From assembly GCA_951406725.2 (NCBI GenBank), contig OX597814.1, forward strand, positions 40,858,001 through 40,922,000: 64,000 nt of DNA, given 5' to 3'. Made by a program: the position numbers and the translations under genes. The first letter of the stretch is position 1. Each line of letters starts with the position of its first letter. Positions 37,591 through 57,222 of the stretch are shown here, in pieces. Source of the DNA: Octopus vulgaris. Taxonomy: Eukaryota. The notes below the pieces were generated by a model. That model searched no databases. It saw only the letters and a list, made by a program, of their open reading frames with translations, and was not told the DNA's origin.

Positions 37591-40500
37591 TAATAAAATC
37601 TTGCTGAAACATCTTCCCTATATTTTTAGAATTGTTAAAACAGTTATCCCAAACCGATTTCGGTTTATCCATTGCAATGCTCCGCATGAACCGAACCATA
37701 AAACTTATTGGAAAGTGTAAAATAAGGCTTTCAACATCGTTTTCTAAATCTCAATTAATTACCAACATGTAGAGGTGGTATTGGAATTTTACTTGAGATA
37801 AATTATAATACCGTCAACAATGATATTAAAGGACGTTTCCTATACATTATTTTAAAACACGAAACAACTTTAGGGATTACAAGGTACAATAAACGGTTCA
37901 TGTGAAAAAACTATCTTGTGAATATGACACAAACATTTGAATATTCTACAATACACAATAACAACGTTAAAATTACATTTGTGGAAATAGAATATTTTGT
38001 TTTTAGCAACGAGAATCACACACCATTAATGCTAAACACCCTCATAAACTTGATAAGATAATGCTCTCCCTAGCAAAATCATTTCAAATCAACTTTACAC
38101 TCACATTTCAGATATTGAACGTCTTATATAAGACGTCAAATGCTTTGTTGAAATAAAACGATGTTATGATATTATTTGTAAATAAATATGAAATAACAAT
38201 ACATTGACAATCTTCACTTCCATATCTTGTAATAATAATAGCTACAATCAACGTATAATTTTTGTTTTAAATTATCATATTGAATCCACTAATTTTTGAT
38301 GAGTTTATCTTTACAATCAATATTCTAACAGAATCACACATGAAAACACACATGTTTTAAATATTGAAGTAGCATCATCTGTGCTTTAAATAGTAGAAAG
38401 TTCCACAGAGATGACGAAGTCTCCTATGCGACTCGTTTTCTTGGCATTCAAAACAATTGCAAAATGTGCTTCACACTTTATTCATTAATCAGCTACACAG
38501 CCTTGGTAAGCTTACATATATAGTTAGTAGTTCCAAATATTTCATATATATTCTGTAAAATGTCCGTGGCCCACATAACAATCACCAACACAAAAACTTC
38601 CTATACCAATGAAAAATGTTAAAGTAGTTTAAAGAACTTACTCAAAACGCACTGCATTCAAGGTTCTCACCGCTCAAACCACCAAACATAGATACAGCGA
38701 AATTTGATTTCGATGAAATATTTAAGAAACACTTCCCAAAATTTGACATGAGAATACAAAATGTATCAAAATAATATTAACCAGCGATAGCCACATATCA
38801 CAAATCGCCATATATCACAAACGATATACACACAGAACTCTCAGCATCACAAAGCAGTACACGAATAACATGAAATTATAACTAACATTGGAAAATATAT
38901 GCAAGGATACATTCAGCTAACCAGCATCTTTCAACAAAGATAATTGTATCATACAGCACTTATCAAAATACCTATCTCAATTATTATACTGTTCCCCGAC
39001 CTTATATGTGTAGCTTATATGTGTAGCAGATATTCCTCACGAATGCTCAAACAAGAAAAAAAAAACACACTTATAGACCACTGGATTACAAAATGAAATG
39101 TAATAATCTTACAGATCATTTACTCGATTGAATCTTTGATTCCATCACATGCACATAAAATAATATAGGGAACTGTAAAACTTAAAACTTATCGGAAGGG
39201 GATAAGCTAAAAGACATTAATTTGAAACAAGATGCTGTAGGAAATATTTCATTCGCTAAGTGTCCCTTCCTAAAAACAAAACTCGTTCAAAAATATTACT
39301 GTCCACATAACTGTCTTAAAAACTCTATATACTAAGTCATTCAGGCATTTCGGGTAAATAATCTCCATACTGATGTAAACAATATACTAGGTCTTCGCCA
39401 AGAGTGATTATTTCATGTATTTCCTTCTAAACACAAGTGATGTCAGCAAATCCATTCATTAGTCTCAAAGCTTACGTAATATATTCAGTAAAAAACTTAA
39501 GACGCAACAGAAAATATTGTACTTCTCAGATCAACAAATATTTGTTGTCAAAAGTGTAAGTTCTAGAGTATTGCACCCCCAAATGTCGTTCTCTCATTCA
39601 CTCTTTCAAATAATACCTGTTGACTGCCCGAAAAAAAATTTTTTAATATAGTGAACAGCACTCCAAACAAGTTAACCATGTCCAATTAACAATCTAGAAA
39701 AACTGTAATACTACTAATCGGGTATTATTTTAATAACCTGGTAATATGGTTCCATATCAATATGTTTAAATCAGAACTTAATCTATAATACCACTTCCTA
39801 CAGGTCACTAAAAAAAACATTAAATACATCGAGGCGTTAAATTCAACGCCTTAGGTAAACGAAAGAATAACATTATACCAATATCTAGAGAAAGACTAAA
39901 AGTAAAACACGACACACAGCCATACAGTGAGCAATAAAAATATAATATTCAAAAAAGGAACAAGGAAGCATGAAACGAATTATTAAATACTCACATATTT
40001 TGTCAGTCTAACTCCCGTCCACCAATCTCTAGATCCTCATTTGCCATAGAATACAGTGCATTGCACCGTCATAACATGTAAGCAGACCAAACTTTCTTAT
40101 CATGTACAAAATTTTTAAAATATGTATACTAAAATTCCAACCCGCGGCCTCAGATTTAAATGTTTAAATCATAGTATTCCTAAATCTTGTTCAAGTTAAA
40201 AGCCGAGTTAAGAACGAATCTACGGCCGGACTTCTTCTAACAGATCATTTCAGATCCTTTCGGAATGTTCCTGTGCAAGTAATATAAATAGAAATTTTGA
40301 GCGCCAACTTTGCCGAGTGTCATAGACATCCGTGTTGAGTGTCGTTTCCACTCTCGGCTGCCAAGTTGTGCAAAGACTGCGTTCATTTTCACACGTGTGA
40401 TATCTTCTTGAGTGTGAGCCAACTAGCAGTTCACCTATTTACACTCTCTTCTGTAATAATCGCTTTTACGGCTCCTACGCAATATTGATGTAATAGTTGG

Positions 40501-41774
40501 CCGTTATCGATCCAATGTGTATATTTTACATCTTGGCAAGCTTACATACAGATCTTGTGTAATCAACGATTTGTAAATGCTATAGAATTATTCTTTCCAT
40601 TTTTCTAACCTGTTTCGAATTTCTAGTCCATGAACAACCCGAATAATCTTTTTAATTTTTCAAGAGTGTTGCACATTCATTATACGCAGCCTGGTTCCAA
40701 CTCATCTCTTGTTTCACATTTTTTCTCTATCATGGTAAAACAGCCGCATAATACAGAACATTTCCCGCAGTAACTGGTAACATAATAACAACACTTATAA
40801 GTTAAGAATGTAAGATCTCTGTGAATGTTTGTGGAGAAGTTGTCAGGATAAGCTTCAAGATACACATTACATGTTAATATCTGACTGAGAGGCATCGCCA
40901 TTCTCAAAGACACCAACACATAACTTCAAATCATTAGTACTACAACACACTCGAATAAGAGTATATCCCAAATGAAATGAGAAAAATACATAACAATACA
41001 GCAACATACAAATATTTGCTCCATCAAATCCTTACTGTCCACAAAACAAATACGTGATATTTTCAACAAATATTATCTGTAGTGAAATATACGCAAGCAA
41101 TAAGAACTAAATAAGGACCATTTTTTCAAACATCACCACGGACGCAGCTGTTTTATCCCAATGTACAGAAATCCAGTATGCAATAGAGTAACACTTATAT
41201 TTTAGGGAGTATTCTACAACCTATGTTTCAATCGCTGTATGTCCACTTGTGCAGCGTTATGTTCCGCCTACGTGGAAATATACGTAAATGGTATAAAATT
41301 TAGATTTGACCAGTTGTCAACTAATCGCGCAGCACGAGAACTGACATCTTAATTTTCATCAAATTCAAGAAGACATGCATTTGTCTTGCACATTTACCGC
41401 AGAATAATGGTTTAACATATTTTGCTTGGAGTATTCCTATTTTCTTGGATATTGTGCTGAAACAGGAATTATTACTTGTATTAGAGTGCTGACTATATTG
41501 AAGTAGAAGACGATAAAAACTCACAAAAACAGCATTTTCCCCAAATTGTCTTTTCTGTTATGTGCTCGAAAACTATCTCAGGTATTATTAATTTAAACAC
41601 TGAAGAATTAGTCTCATTCTAATGGAGAGAAAACAAATCGGAGACATAATGTCCTTCATAACGAAATCATAAGAGAGCTACTAGACCGAAATCATTACCT
41701 TACAAATTCATTTTAGAAGAACATAGAGGCAGTTAAGATTACATTTTAGTAGCACTCTTATGGTTTCAATGTCT

Positions 41775-41952
41775 GTGGGGTGGATAAGTCGATTACATTA
41801 ACGCCAGTACTCGATTGGTAGTAAATGTATCCACACCGACAGGATGAAAGGCAAAGTCAATCTCGGTGTCATATGGAATCAGAACATGAAAATGGACGAA
41901 ATGCCGCTAAGCAACTTTTCTGGCGCAGTAACGATCCAGCTAACTCACCGCT
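41775..41952 (-). mobile_element. Degenerate Nin-domain SINE
   Basis: Minus strand gcggtgagttagctggatcgtta...gactttgcctttcatcctgtcgg. Related copies at 57830-57997 and 61035-61196. Confidence 0.6.
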
Positions 41953-43754
41953 TTACTACTCTTAAGTATATTAAAAATACAGACAATCTAAGTAACATAA
42001 ATTTTCCGGGTTCCATATCTGACATAACACAACACTTTCATTGAAATGACGATTGGAACGATATTCAAATATACATGTTCTGTCAACAGAAGAACGAACA
42101 GTATGAAAATGTGTAGGTAATCTTATTTTCTATTGCAGTGAACGAGGTAGATAAGTGCAATATAAATAGACTTAGGTATTCATCAGCATTACATGAATAT
42201 TTCGGCAAAACTCAGATCGCAATTTCCAAGTGGATACAGAATTTGTTGATAATTTGCCAATCGTAATCATCAGTAAATTAAAGGAACGAGATTGTAATGT
42301 CATGTTTTATGTGTACAATTTTCTCTGTGTATTATAGTTAGCAGGTAAAAGCACTCTGGAAACATCACATAAAACATGTCCAGTATAAATAGTGCAATGC
42401 ACTTCAGTGTGATTACACGTTGACTCTTTCAATTTCTCACACATAATTTCTTAAAATTGGCAGTCATTTGCATAAATAAGAACACATGAAATTATTATTA
42501 TATTATCATCAATATCTGTGCAAAACTACTGGTTCACGCAGAACCGGAAGGAAAATATGGGAATATATATATTTTTGCTTCTCTCAGTTCCGATCACAAA
42601 TTACTTTGGAGTCGAATTTCCCTTTTCTTACACCGTTATTGATTATATGATTAGCATTAATGCAATTGTATATTCTCTCAGCTTTCAATAAATTGGCCGT
42701 ATGCCTAAGGAAGAATTCAATATGTAAATAAGAATCAATACGTATAACTACACTGTTGGAACGTTCGCTTCACTACACATACTTGCATACACAATTACAC
42801 GCTCATTCATATATACAAAATCATATACATGGTCATAATATACCCCTTCAACAATTTAAAATTTAAATACTTTTAATGTTTATACATAGAATATAGCAGG
42901 AAAATGTAAAGGCAACCTAATGAGAACCAGTAAAGTGTTTCGACAACTAAACCGATTTTCCTAACAGAATATCAGCTAGAGATAAAGAGGTCATGATGAA
43001 AATTGATACATGCCTGAAGAAAGATGTCCCTAGAAGAATAACTCCATTCACACAGTATCCTACCTATTCCGAAGGTGAAGCTTGATCCCCATGCAGGTCT
43101 ATACAACCTTATTCTTTGGGGCACATGTTGTGATGTGTTAATCTTGCATCATCTCTGCATAGATTATCTTAAAACTTTGTCCTCAAACACATCAATGACA
43201 TGAGTTACATGCACGAGGCTATTTATTACGATATTGCCCGCGATTAATGGAATTTTCTTTCCATCTCCCAATACTTTTCTATGCAAAACAGTTAATCTTT
43301 CAGGTATCCCATTGTTGGCTTCTCTTTCTCTACTCCACAGCTTACAGGATTCTGGCCCTTATTGTCAAGAACACAAGGTTATAGATTTGGGCGATTAATC
43401 ATTATATTAACTGTGCTGCATTAGCATGTTGCAGGCTTAGCATTAGTACTTCAGCATTGCATATGTCAACAGTTATGCTTTACGATGAATTTCTTCAATA
43501 CTCTCATGATATTTTCTATGGATACCGAAACTATTATGCACTCGACATTATTGAAAGTCATAGCCACTCCGCCGTTGATGATCAGTTAATGATGGAATCA
43601 CATCATAGAGAATACAATATGTACGGAAGAAATTGTAACCTTGCTTGCTTCAGTTTTCATAGAATTATTATATATATAAGCGTATGTGTGTGTGTATGTG
43701 TATGTATGTGAATGTGTGTGGGCGCGTTTATTGTTGTGTGTACGAGTGTACATG

Positions 43755-43793
<39 letters not shown>

Positions 43794-43848
43794 GCATATT
43801 TCAGTAGTCATCAAACACACATTCATACCCATACGTACACACGCATAT

Positions 43849-43926
<78 letters not shown>

Positions 43927-44556
43927 GAATATCAAATATGGGAGAAGAATGCAACACCTCCAGCCAGTTAAAGGATACAAAATAGGGACAGCAAGACATT
44001 TAGACAGACGATAAAAATACAAGGACGGGTCATTCGGAGTTTTCATTCATCAGTCGACTTCCAGATTATCTTTGCAATTTCGGCTGGTTATACTCTAGAT
44101 TGCTCTAATCTGGTCAGCTCCAAGGAAAAATACTTAACTAAGAGCACTAGATTACTTGGAAGATAGCAGCGAATGTATACGAAAACAAGGTCGGAAAATA
44201 CTGAGAAATGGTACTCAAAGGCAAATACAAATAAAAGGATGTTAAAAACAGGTGTCTTTCTATTAAAGAAGAATGGAATTAAGCTGGCGTGTGTGGAAGT
44301 GAAGACTTACGGTAGGGACATAAGAGATGACAGGCATAGGGATGAATATAGATGTTGCACGGATGATAGTGGAACCAAGGAAGAAAGGTCAGGCTTGGCC
44401 GAACAACGGTCACGAGGAGAGAAAATAGTGAGTGAGATAGATGCAGTGAGATAGAAGAATTGGGGAAGGACGAGAAAAAAGAAAAGGGACAGAGTGAAGT
44501 GAAGGAGGATGGAAGGTGAGAATGAAGAAAAAGCCAGGAAATGTGAGAGAGGGAGA

Positions 44557-44635
<79 letters not shown>

Positions 44636-45273
44636 TGTGTGTGTGCATATATATATATATATGCATTTGAAACATTATATATAGATATGAAAGATTATAT
44701 ATATTATGCATACACGCACTTGTATATAGTTTCTCCATAAATTCTTTTTCCACTTTGAACATTTCAAAAATAAACCCAATGAATAAGGATAACTCACCAG
44801 TGTTTACTGGAAAACATAAGCAAACAAATAAAGATTTATTAGTAACCTAAGAACGCCATCATGCGCGCTACAATGTTTGCACGTAACCTGCTGAGTTATC
44901 ATTTTTTCTTTTTACCGAATATTTAAAATTGTAATTGTAATTTATGGAGATATTCTAGACATACTTATACACGCTCAAGTATATAGATAAATGTATGTAT
45001 GCTTGTGTGTATTAATATACATATATCCACACATACATACATATGTACGTGCATATTTATATACACAAATATATATATGAATGAGTGTGTGTATGTGTAT
45101 ATATGTATACGTATGTGCCTGTATGCACGCGTGCGTCTGTGTGTAACCGGGTGAGCACCTGCGCGTATGTATGTATGCGCGTGTGCATGCATGCATATAT
45201 ATTTTTTTTCTTTCTCACTGGACCGCTGGTGGCGAAAAAATTTCTCTTGAATTTTTTGCTACCCTGATATCGA

Positions 45274-45385
<112 letters not shown>

Positions 45386-45439
45386 TGTCTGTGTGTATAT
45401 GTATGTATATATCTGTGTGTATATGTAGGTATGTCATTA

Positions 45440-46455
45440 TACCGTCTTTCCTCCTCTCTGATTCTTACCTATCACACTGATTTATTAATCACATACGTCT
45501 ATTTAAAGTATTGTGCCATCCTTGTATTCTTCCTTCCACTTTAAATGTTACTACTAAAACTACTACCCACTCTGGTATCACCCCACTCATACCTTTTCTC
45601 AACCCTTCCCTTGGTGCAACTGTTATCATATTACCTCTACTAACATATCTCACACTTATTCACTCCTTACCTTCTCATTTCTTCCTATTTTTCCTCCACT
45701 CCACTGCCATTCATCCCCCTTCACTTCTTACACCGTTTCTACACGTTTTTCACTCTTTTCAATATTTGTCTTTTCTCTCTCTTTTGTTTCTCTTTCTTCC
45801 TCTCATTTTCTGTTTCTGCTTTAATTTTCTCCTAACTCTAATCAAACACATCCCCCTCATATCTATCCACAAATACTACCAATACATTCTCAAATTTTCA
45901 TTCACATCACAAGACACATTCGAATGAGCAATACGGAATCAACGGCTCCATACTTTGAAATGACTACACATGAACTGCTACTGGAACTTACATACCACAT
46001 ACGGGAAACAAATTAACCACTTCTATGCACTACTTTCACCGAACAATGGAACTGAAGCTACAATATCTTTATATAATTTATATTTTATTTCTACTTTCAT
46101 TCTCTTATTTACCTCTATATTTCCTATTTCCTCCTTTTCCATATTAATTCTTTATTTAGAACTCAAATGTTTCGCTCTCTTTAACCATCACACATCGTCT
46201 CTGATGAAGGGATATCCGTAATATCTCAGAAACATCTGTAAGACTATGCCTATAACATTTTCATTGTAAATGACCAGAAAAATCCTCATAGCCTTTGCTG
46301 TATTATTTCATTTTGTTTAATATATATATGCATGCTTATTCAAGACCCATATTAGACTCCCCACTCGTATCACTGTCGTGCCAAGAGTTTAACTACGGTC
46401 TGTCCATAGCACTTAGCGTTACCTGCCACACTTTGGACCTTCTAGGTACCAACCC
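45440..46455 (+). mobile_element. Penelope-derived 3' fragment with GIY-YIG C-terminal remnant
   Basis: 'SQDTFE*AIRNQRLHTLK*LHMN' resembles the 'E..I..L.TL.P.G.N' end of PLE endonucleases. Hammerhead downstream; ends at (TA)n. Confidence 0.6.
46197..46244 (+). ncRNA. Type I hammerhead motif
   Basis: gtct CTGATGA a gggatat-ccgta-atatctc a GAAAC atct GTA agac. Confidence 0.75.
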
Positions 46456-46513
46456 CTCTCATATATATATATGTATATATATATATATATGTGTGTATGT
46501 GTGTGTGTATGTG

Positions 46514-46676
46514 CGACGGGCTTCTTTCAGTTTCTGTCTACCATATCCACTCAAAAGGTTTTTGTTCGGCGCAAGACTAGAGTACAAGACTCTTGCCCAA
46601 CGAGCCACGCAGTGGGACTGAACCCTTTTGCATGTAGTTGGGAGGTATGCTTCTTACAACACAGCTACTCCTTTGC
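46514..46676 (-). mobile_element. tRNA-derived SINE 5' half (OK-like)
   Basis: Minus-strand A/B boxes including gggttcagtcccactgcgtggc. Homologous to 11563-11722. Confidence 0.75.
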
Positions 46677-46679
46677 TTA

Positions 46680-46729
<50 letters not shown>

Positions 46730-47779
46730 GTCTGGTGTGAGATGTTCTCTATCTGTGACCTATCAATTTCGATAATGGACAGAGTCAACGACTATTGAAA
46801 TGGTTGCAAGATGCAACGAGAATTTAAGTAAAAATAAATAAGTATATGAGAGGAAATACGATCAAAGTGTACGTTAAATTGATAAGATCATAAAAAAGAA
46901 TGACATTCCACACACACAATACAATGTGATTCAACACACGAATTCATATAAGGACTCATGCGAGAGAAATGCAATAACAGTATCGAATAGCAATGTTTGT
47001 ATGCCAAACGAATGATGTTTTACCCCCTGGAAAACATGTTTTCCAGCTGACTGTCCACACACACAGTTTGTGTCCTTATAGCAATTGCAAGGGAACTTAT
47101 CGCTACCATCTCTGGGGTTACGAGATACTCACATTCCTAAGTTTAATGATATCCGTCCTCGGTGTGAGACAACCAAAAGCTAGTGTTGAATGATCTCTCC
47201 ATTGATTAATTATTTGCTTAATGTAGGCAGAGATACTGTAAGAAATGTATACAAACATGAACATTATAACCGTTATTAAATATGACTGAGGATTTTAGAG
47301 ACACCTAAATTGCTAGAAACAAGGGCTAAAAGGTCTAACATTGCAGTCAAAGCATATAAAAACTTGCATAGATGAAAACAGGGGTCGAAATCTCGTGAAA
47401 ATAACGGTCGAGATATCCCGAAAACTGATCGGTCATTTTTCGGCTTTTCCGCCGCGACCTCTTCAATATGGTCAGCCCAACTCGGTTGCCCTACATAGGG
47501 AAACATGTCAGCATGCATGTCTACACCATAAAGATACATGGATGATTTAGTGAATCGTCACTGTGTATACAAATAATTAATGTAGACATCTGTAAGCAAT
47601 GTGAACCAAAACGGAAAACAATAACGGTTATCTAATATGACCGTGGGTGTTGGAAACACCTAAGATGTTAGAGAAACATTGATTCGGCAGTCAAAGCACT
47701 TAACTGTATGCATACAATATATATATATATATATATTTACATGCCATTGCATAAATATATGATTCTTTCACTGCGTGAG

Positions 47780-51830
<4,051 letters not shown>

Positions 51831-51940
51831 TGCAAAAGAGCCAATTGGATGTTGCGTGGGAATCCCTTCCACGATTCAAATTGGTCTTATCAAAGTCAAA
51901 TATTTATTTAGAGGGACAGCGATTATATATCACCTGAATG

Positions 51941-51987
<47 letters not shown>

Positions 51988-52009
51988 ATCTATATACGTC
52001 ATGATAGAT

Positions 52010-52205
52010 CGTTAGCTCATACACGCATTTTTTTCTCTCCTTGTTTCTCTCCTTGTTTTTTTTTTCTGTGTATCTTTCTGTCGAAGAGCGTAGGCTCAAA
52101 ACGTAAAATACTGTTCTATTTCTATTCCTGAGCGCCATACCAATACATTTGTTTGTTTGTACTCCACCTGCCTTCGTCTTTTGTTTATTTTCGTAAGCCT
52201 TTCCG
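52010..52205 (+). mobile_element. Solo Penelope-type terminal fragment in (TA)n with degenerate hammerhead (52075-52108)
   Basis: CTGTCGA a gagc-gtag-gctc aAAAC GTA. Homologous to 6370-6515. Confidence 0.6.
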
Positions 52206-52213
52206 TTATATAC

Positions 52214-52330
<117 letters not shown>

Positions 52331-53038
52331 TCACATGTACATATATATATATATATTCATATAAATATATGTGTACGTGTGTGCGCGTGGGAGTGTATAT
52401 ATATAGAGAGAGAGAAATTAGAAAATGGAGATAACGTTGTTGAACCAATTATCATTTGCACCAATTTTCATTTATTAATAATTTACAAAAAGCCTGCATC
52501 CTATCTAACAGCTGTTGCAGCTGACTAGGTTCTTTGGAAATATCATTACGGTGCTATGAGAATATTTATCATAGTTGGAAATAAAACCGATTTGAATCAT
52601 GGAGCTTCTTTAGAGTAGAAACTAAATGTATTAAGATAATGAAGAAACAAGAAAGGAAAAAGGTAAGTATAAATATGGTGAGATTCATGTCATGTTGTGT
52701 GTGCAGCCATTGCAAGATTCAAGTCGGTCTTATCAACTATGAAACATATTGGCAGCAGAAACAGCTGTTAGATGGGGTGTAGTATTTCTTACATTATTTA
52801 TAAATGATAATTGATGCAAATCAACTGTTGTTCACCAATGTTATCTCTATTTTCTGTTTCCTTTACATTTTGATTCCTGCTAAATTTCATATTTATCCTT
52901 GTCTTTACCCAAAATTTATGAGCATAACATTTTTGTCCATGTTTAAATATAGGTACTATACCAGTAGTATTGTGGATACTGTCATCCCTTAGATAAATAT
53001 GCAGACCCATGCAAGATAGAAAATTTATAAAAGAAATA

Positions 53039-53575
53039 CAGGGTGTCCCAAAATTGATGGTTGCAATGTTTATTAACTTCCTTAACTGAAATGTTGATGC
53101 AATATAAAGAACATAATGTAGATAAATATGATCATAGCTTAAATGGCAGCTATTTTCTGCTACGCACCCCAGTGGTCTTTCCAAAGCTTGCATCATAACA
53201 CCCTCAAAAGTTTCACACCCGACTTCTGATTTCTCTGTTTATGTTCTCTTTCAATTGCACCAGTGTCTCTTACACGTATCCCCACAAGAAAAAAATCCGG
53301 GCTTGTCAAGTCTGGGGAACATGAAGGACATTCAAAATAGACCTCACACATGGTTCCAGCAAGATGGCAGAACTGCTCATACGGCAAGAGAAATAATGCA
53401 TTTGCTACAGCAGTGCTTTGGAGAGAGAATAATCTCCCGCTAGAGCAATGTCAACTTGCCTTCATATTCCTCAGACTTGACTAGCCCGGATTTTTCTCGT
53501 GTGGATATCATAAAGATAGGGTTTACGCCAACAAACCGGAGACGTTGGTGCAACTGAAGGAGAACATCAATAGTG
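53039..53575. mobile_element. Rearranged Tc1/mariner remnant (minus 3' end with TIR joined to plus DDD/E fragment)
   Basis: TA-CAGGGTGTCC TIR. Plus strand 'WFQQDGRTAHTARE...FGERIISR...SSDLTSPDF...KDRVYANKP'; minus strand 'PSCSPDLTSPDFFL'. Confidence 0.8.
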
Positions 53576-53583
53576 TAATTAAT

Positions 53584-53646
<63 letters not shown>

Positions 53647-54699
53647 TTTGATAAAATGACAAAAACAGTTTGTTACACTGAAGTGTTATTTTTTAATGCG
53701 AAAATTATCAATACATTGGAACCTTGTTGATTTGAGTTATACACCTTCTAAATAACACGTAATATGGACATGACACGTAATAGAGGATATTGCCCTATTC
53801 AATATCGACTTGATCATTTTCATGGAGAATGATGAAGGAAAGTAGCATCTCTATTGCTGCTTCAGAACCATCCATAAACGTTCAGCTATATCGAGATTCG
53901 ATATATGGCTTACACATTACCATAAAATAGTGAATAACATTATCCTTGTGAATTGTAGCATTTATGACGTGAATAATTGCGCTTACGACTAGGGTCCAAT
54001 ATTTGTGAAAGTGGAAGAATATATCATGCAAAGAATATGTGGCCTAAAATAAGAATCTTGTTACATGTCGTGGGATATGAACATATAAGCATACAGATGA
54101 GAATTCAGTTTTGTTACCTATTTTCGAAAAACTCCATAATATTTAATTGTTTTGAAAATTACACTGCTGCAAAGTCTTCAATCATAATATCTAAATTATT
54201 TGTTGAGTGTTGTTTCGTACGATGTCAAAGATAATTTATTTGTTTACACACATTAGCAGCACTGGTGTTAAATATTACATAACATTTTTTCAATATTTAT
54301 ATAATAATTTCTTTCATTTAGTTGAAACAATTAGTACTCGCACACACACACACACACACACGTACAAACAAATACACACACATATTTTTGTGCATTTGTA
54401 TATGTATGCAAGTAAATATATTACTCTGTCAATTTCTCACACGCTCTATTCCTTTCTCTCTCTTGCACCGTCTCTTGAGTATATATATATATAAATGTAT
54501 GTATGTAAGCCTAGAGAGATAGATAGATATATAGATAGAGAGAGAGAGAGAGAGAAAAAGAAAGAGATAAATCTAATAGGGAAAGCCTAGAGTCGAAAAA
54601 GTAGAGCAACGCACGAAAATTTAATACATCTTCGATTTGGATATCATGTTGTGCCACCCCAGGAAAGCAAGAGTATGTTGGGATGAGTTTTCTTCTCTC

Positions 54700-56650
54700 C
54701 TTTCTCCTAGAGGTTACCGTCCGTTGGTAGATAGCCCTTTTCTCCAAGGATATCTCGAGATCAATGGGTTTAACAGCTTATGCTATAGATTCCAATTTAG
54801 ATGGGCATCGTCAAGGAATTTCGCCCTCGATATTTGCACAAAAGCTCTTCATTCGAATGCATCCAGAACTGAAGTTGTACTATACTCCATATATAAGTTT
54901 GGGCTGACTAATCAATATTCTGCTAAAACGAAAATCATATTTGTCTACCTTGATCAATGACATGAAGGCGGAGACAAGTATAATCTCCGAATAATATACA
55001 GATTGTACTGGTGCCAAAATACAGCTTTCCCTTGTGACATGAATCCCTTGGGTGTAAATAATGAAGGCCTTAGATAACATTGTGTATGAGAAAACAACTG
55101 CTATGAAGATTTTTTTTGTGACGTAATCACAATTTACTTGTTATTAAAAACACCAGTTTTGTGTTGACGTTTACAGATGGGCACAAAGTTTGCTTCATTG
55201 TTCGCCTTAATAGGGTCCACAAAACAATTACACGGTTTTGAATTAGGGTTGGTTGAGTATTTCCTGTTGACTGTCAGGGATAATTTATTCTCCATGATTA
55301 TTAATTAATCATACTAACAGTTTGAGAAAAAGAAAATACATGATTTTACAGGCAGTAGAATAATGGAAAACATCTGGATGTTTGCTATGCTATATTTGCT
55401 GTTATTCATAAGTTTAATGTATATATACTCAATGTCTATGGATTACTCTTGCTCTTTATTAACGATAAGAATTCCAAGAATTTACCATGCAATTTCCTGT
55501 CACAAAATATGACGTTATAGTATGTGTGCTGTCAGAATTCTGGCATTTCCAAATCTAGATTTGCTTGATTGCACTATGTACTTCAGGCAATTGAAATTAA
55601 TTGGCACTTTGTTGGTTAGTTTAAATTTCAAAACTCATAACTATCTTAAAGTCGTGTTCCCTTCTTTAAAATACCTCACTTATTTTTCTGCCAGAAATTT
55701 CGAGGTAACACATATGAAAGATTACGATCTATACGTCTTTGATCCATATTAAATTTTTAAGTGCACCAAAAATCGATGTACCAAAATCTCTCAATATCGA
55801 AGACCTAATCTCAGCGTATGATAGTGCAAATCCTGCTTCTTTCAGATAATTCAAGACCTGTAGTTGTACTAGTGCTATCTGAAGCAAATAGCTCCTGTTT
55901 TTGCATGAATTCTTTGTCAGATAACCACAATATTTCTGCTGTGTGTACTATAAGTGTTACTTCAATATAGTTCACGTAAAATCAATTTCAGTAGTTGAAG
56001 AGCGAGGATTGCGCTCCTGGGGCACCTACAACAAGATTGAATATAATGTTTAATAGGTTTTTCAGACAAAATCTGCTTACATTATGCTACATCCTCCCTC
56101 CCTGAAAGTAAACATCCATTGTTTGACATGTTTAGGCTTTGGTAATATTTCGTGTTCACTTGAAATTGTACGGTAAAATGCAGTTCAATATAAAGTTGTC
56201 TAGCTGCTAACGTATGTTATGGCATGGAAGAATGAGAGGAATAACTATTTGTGTTTATTATAGAGTCACTTAAAAGGGAGAATGTACAGTGACTTCTGGT
56301 TGTGCGATTGCTGGTTAAATTTGTTCGTTACACATTTGCAAAGTATCTCTTAAGATCCCGTTGAATATAGGTTCATACTAAACATTATAATAATGTTGGA
56401 CATAATAATCACATTAGCCAGAGAAGTATCATCCTAAATCATACTGGAAATAAATTCCCACAATTAGGATTGCCATCAAGAGAATAGGATATAAAAAATA
56501 TAAGCTATCATATAACCTGTCTCTCCGAGTTAGTTGGATGATCTACTAAAAGAAGAGGAGTTTATTAATAAAAAGAATTATTAGAAAGTGGGACACGGTT
56601 AAATATTGCTAGATTTTGTCATAAATCTAATATGAAATGATCTATTTGGA
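54700..56650 (-). mobile_element. Highly decayed RTE-like LINE
   Basis: Minus-strand traces: a GVPQG-like motif with frameshift near 56000-56030, and 'PKLIYG...IDLEISLEKRA' resembling the RTE C-terminus. No intact ORF. Confidence 0.45.
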
Positions 56651-56821
56651 ATTACCTTTTTCACTAAACAGTAAACTAGTGTTAATTCTCAATGACATTT
56701 TCAAAGTAAACTCATTTGAACGTTTCATTAAGAGCAACCACGTCAAAGTAATATTTGCTAAAGACATCTAAGACAGGAACTGTCATCTACTCAAATCATT
56801 ACACCAACTTGATGAGGTAGC

Positions 56822-56875
<54 letters not shown>

Positions 56876-56919
56876 ATATATATATATGTAGGTATGAATG
56901 TATATGTTTATGTATATAT

Positions 56920-56993
<74 letters not shown>

Positions 56994-57179
56994 GTATGTA
57001 TTTATGTATGTAAACACATATCTACTTGCTTATATCTGTACACATATATAAATGTGCAAGAATATGCCCATATGTGTATAAAGTTATATATACACATATT
57101 CATATAGAAATATATATCTATGTATGAATATATGTGTATTTGTATGAACACAGGATAGCGAGAAGAGAGAGAGAGAGAG

Positions 57180-57222
<43 letters not shown>

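Noticed and set aside
44020-44130. CTGATGA and GAAA on the minus strand of a repeat as a hammerhead
   Set aside because: Order and stems do not assemble into a valid type I, II or III fold.
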